Shown: positions 62,842 through 64,000 of the stretch, piece by piece | Layout: each line of letters opens with the position of its first letter | Numbering within the stretch: the first letter of the stretch is position 1 | Assembly: GCA_005400705.1 (NCBI GenBank) | Contig: GCA_005400705.1_4079.1 | Reading direction: 5' to 3' (one strand) | Length of the DNA stretch: 64,000 nucleotides | Origin: Escherichia coli | GTDB taxonomy: Bacteria; Pseudomonadota; Gammaproteobacteria; Enterobacterales; Enterobacteriaceae | Made by a program: the position numbers and the translations under genes | The notes under the pieces: generated by a model | What the model was told of the DNA's origin: nothing | Database searches by the model: none | What the model saw: only the letters and a program-made list of their open reading frames with translations

Positions 62842-63423
62842 ATGGCACAACAACAAATTGCTTTACAACAAGTAAGAACTGGTAAACAGAGAGACTTACC
62901 TGATGCATTAGAAAAAGGTCAGATAGGATTCAGTACTGATGTGGGTCGTGTTTTTATTGGCCTTCCATCATCATCTGACCCAGCCAGCTTAGTCGCTGGA
63001 AGAACTTGGACTACTGATCCAAATTCAGGTAAAGAAAACGTAGAAATAATTACAGAATTTTCACCGTGGAGAACGGTATCAAAAATAATTAATAGACCGT
63101 TTAAAGTTGATCTTCCACAAAATCAAGAAAGTATAGAAGTTATTCTTGAAAGTGAAAGTAGAGTATTCATCGATTATATTGCATATGATGATACAGAAAC
63201 GGTTTTAGAATCAGGAACTATTCAACTAGTAGCCGCTGGTTCAAACACAATGATTGCACAGTCTAATAACACAAATCGTACTGATGCAATTATATCTATC
63301 TCATTTGAAGATCCTGCATATGATTCAATAACTGGAAATATGCAATTTAACATAGTTAACTCGGATTATTTAAATTCAGGATATCATATAGAATTTGTAT
63401 ATCGTGGGTGGGACAAACCTTAA
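62842..63423 (+). CDS. hypothetical protein
   Basis: 193-aa ORF followed by terminator. Confidence 0.5.
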   Translation: MAQQQIALQQVRTGKQRDLPDALEKGQIGFSTDVGRVFIGLPSSSDPASLVAGRTWTTDPNSGKENVEIITEFSPWRTVSKIINRPFKVDLPQNQESIEVILESESRVFIDYIAYDDTETVLESGTIQLVAAGSNTMIAQSNNTNRTDAIISISFEDPAYDSITGNMQFNIVNSDYLNSGYHIEFVYRGWDKP

Positions 63424-63446
63424 AAGGCGTCCCGCCTTTTTCTTCC
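63424..63446 (+). terminator. rho-independent terminator
   Basis: AAGGCG-tcc-CGCCTT followed by TTTTC. Confidence 0.5.
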
Positions 63447-63486
63447 ACTAAAAAAAGAAATTTATATCAATAAACAAGGATGACAC

Positions 63487-64000
63487 ATGATTAACGTAAC
63501 CAAGCGTAATGGAATGAAAGAGCCGTTATCATTGGATAAGATCCATCAAATTTTATTTTTCGCTGCTGAAGGGTTAAGTGGTATTTCCGTTTCTGAAATT
63601 GAAATCCGTGCACAGCTTCAGTTTTATGAAGGTATTGAAACCAGTACTATTCATGATATTCTAATAAAAGCAGCAGCAGAACTTATTTCTGAAGATACGC
63701 CTAACTATCAATACGTTGCTGGAAGATTATTAAACTATAGTATTCGTAAGCAAGTATATGGACAGTATGACCCAATTAAGTATACTGCTCATCTTCAAGA
63801 AATGGTAGATACTAAAATATATGATCCTGAAATTTTGGAGAAATATACTCTTCAAGAAATTGAAGAGCTTGGACGTTACATCAAACATAAACGTGATGAT
63901 AAATTCACTTATGTTGCTATGCGTCAGTGGGAAGGAAAGTATCTATATAAGAATCGCGTAACTAAGAAAATCTACGAAACTCCACAAATGGCATATATGA
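63487..64000 (+). CDS. nrdA: ribonucleotide reductase large subunit NrdA, N-terminal ATP-cone (3' partial)
   Basis: Hand-translated MINVTKRNGMKEPLSLDKIHQIL...VAMRQWEGKYLYKNRVTKKIYETPQ closely parallels E. coli NrdA N-terminus; AAGGA RBS; runs off window end. Confidence 0.85.
   Translation, partial: MINVTKRNGMKEPLSLDKIHQILFFAAEGLSGISVSEIEIRAQLQFYEGIETSTIHDILIKAAAELISEDTPNYQYVAGRLLNYSIRKQVYGQYDPIKYTAHLQEMVDTKIYDPEILEKYTLQEIEELGRYIKHKRDDKFTYVAMRQWEGKYLYKNRVTKKIYETPQMAYM

Overview
AT-rich 64 kb segment of a T4-like (Tevenvirinae-type) myovirus genome; almost every gene is recognisable only by motif-level similarity to T4 proteins, and gene order is rearranged relative to T4. No homology search or RNA folding was run: all calls rest on hand-read motifs, RBS/promoter/terminator context and position, and hand-counted coordinates may be off by a few nt. 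Layout: (1) 1-12.2 kb, minus-strand late baseplate cluster (gp25-like wedge, large wedge proteins, gp5-like spike with C-terminal lysozyme, adjacent free T4-type lysozyme, LysM-like protein) driven by TATAAATA late-promoter elements. (2) 12.2-16.3 kb, gp55-like late sigma factor and gp47/gp46 (Mre11/Rad50-like) nuclease. (3) 16.3-18.6 kb, accessory island: EndoVII/HNH-like nuclease, a Zn-ribbon-repeat homing-endonuclease-like gene, and a ~460 nt promoter/terminator-delimited non-coding locus rich in hairpins. (4) 18.6-28.1 kb, head module: portal, acidic protein, prohead protease, scaffold, major capsid protein. (5) 28.2-32.7 kb, second homing-endonuclease-like gene, a small GIY-YIG/T5orf172-like protein, tail fibre with HxH motifs and fibre assembly protein. 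(6) 32.7-64 kb, replication/recombination/packaging: family B DNA polymerase, clamp-like protein, FmdB zinc ribbon, GroES-like co-chaperonin, RNase H, large terminase, gp32-like SSB, UvsX, DEDDh exonuclease, UvsW, primase, DnaB-like helicase, PD-(D/E)XK nuclease, start of NrdA, plus many small unknown ORFs. Most notable: the candidate structured ncRNA, a recurrent TG(G/A)GA(C/A)-N17-TATAAT promoter class on early/middle genes, the unusual spike architecture with tandem lysozyme paralogues, and two nuclease genes sharing DNA-binding repeats but carrying different catalytic domains. No CRISPR array, tRNA or rRNA was found.
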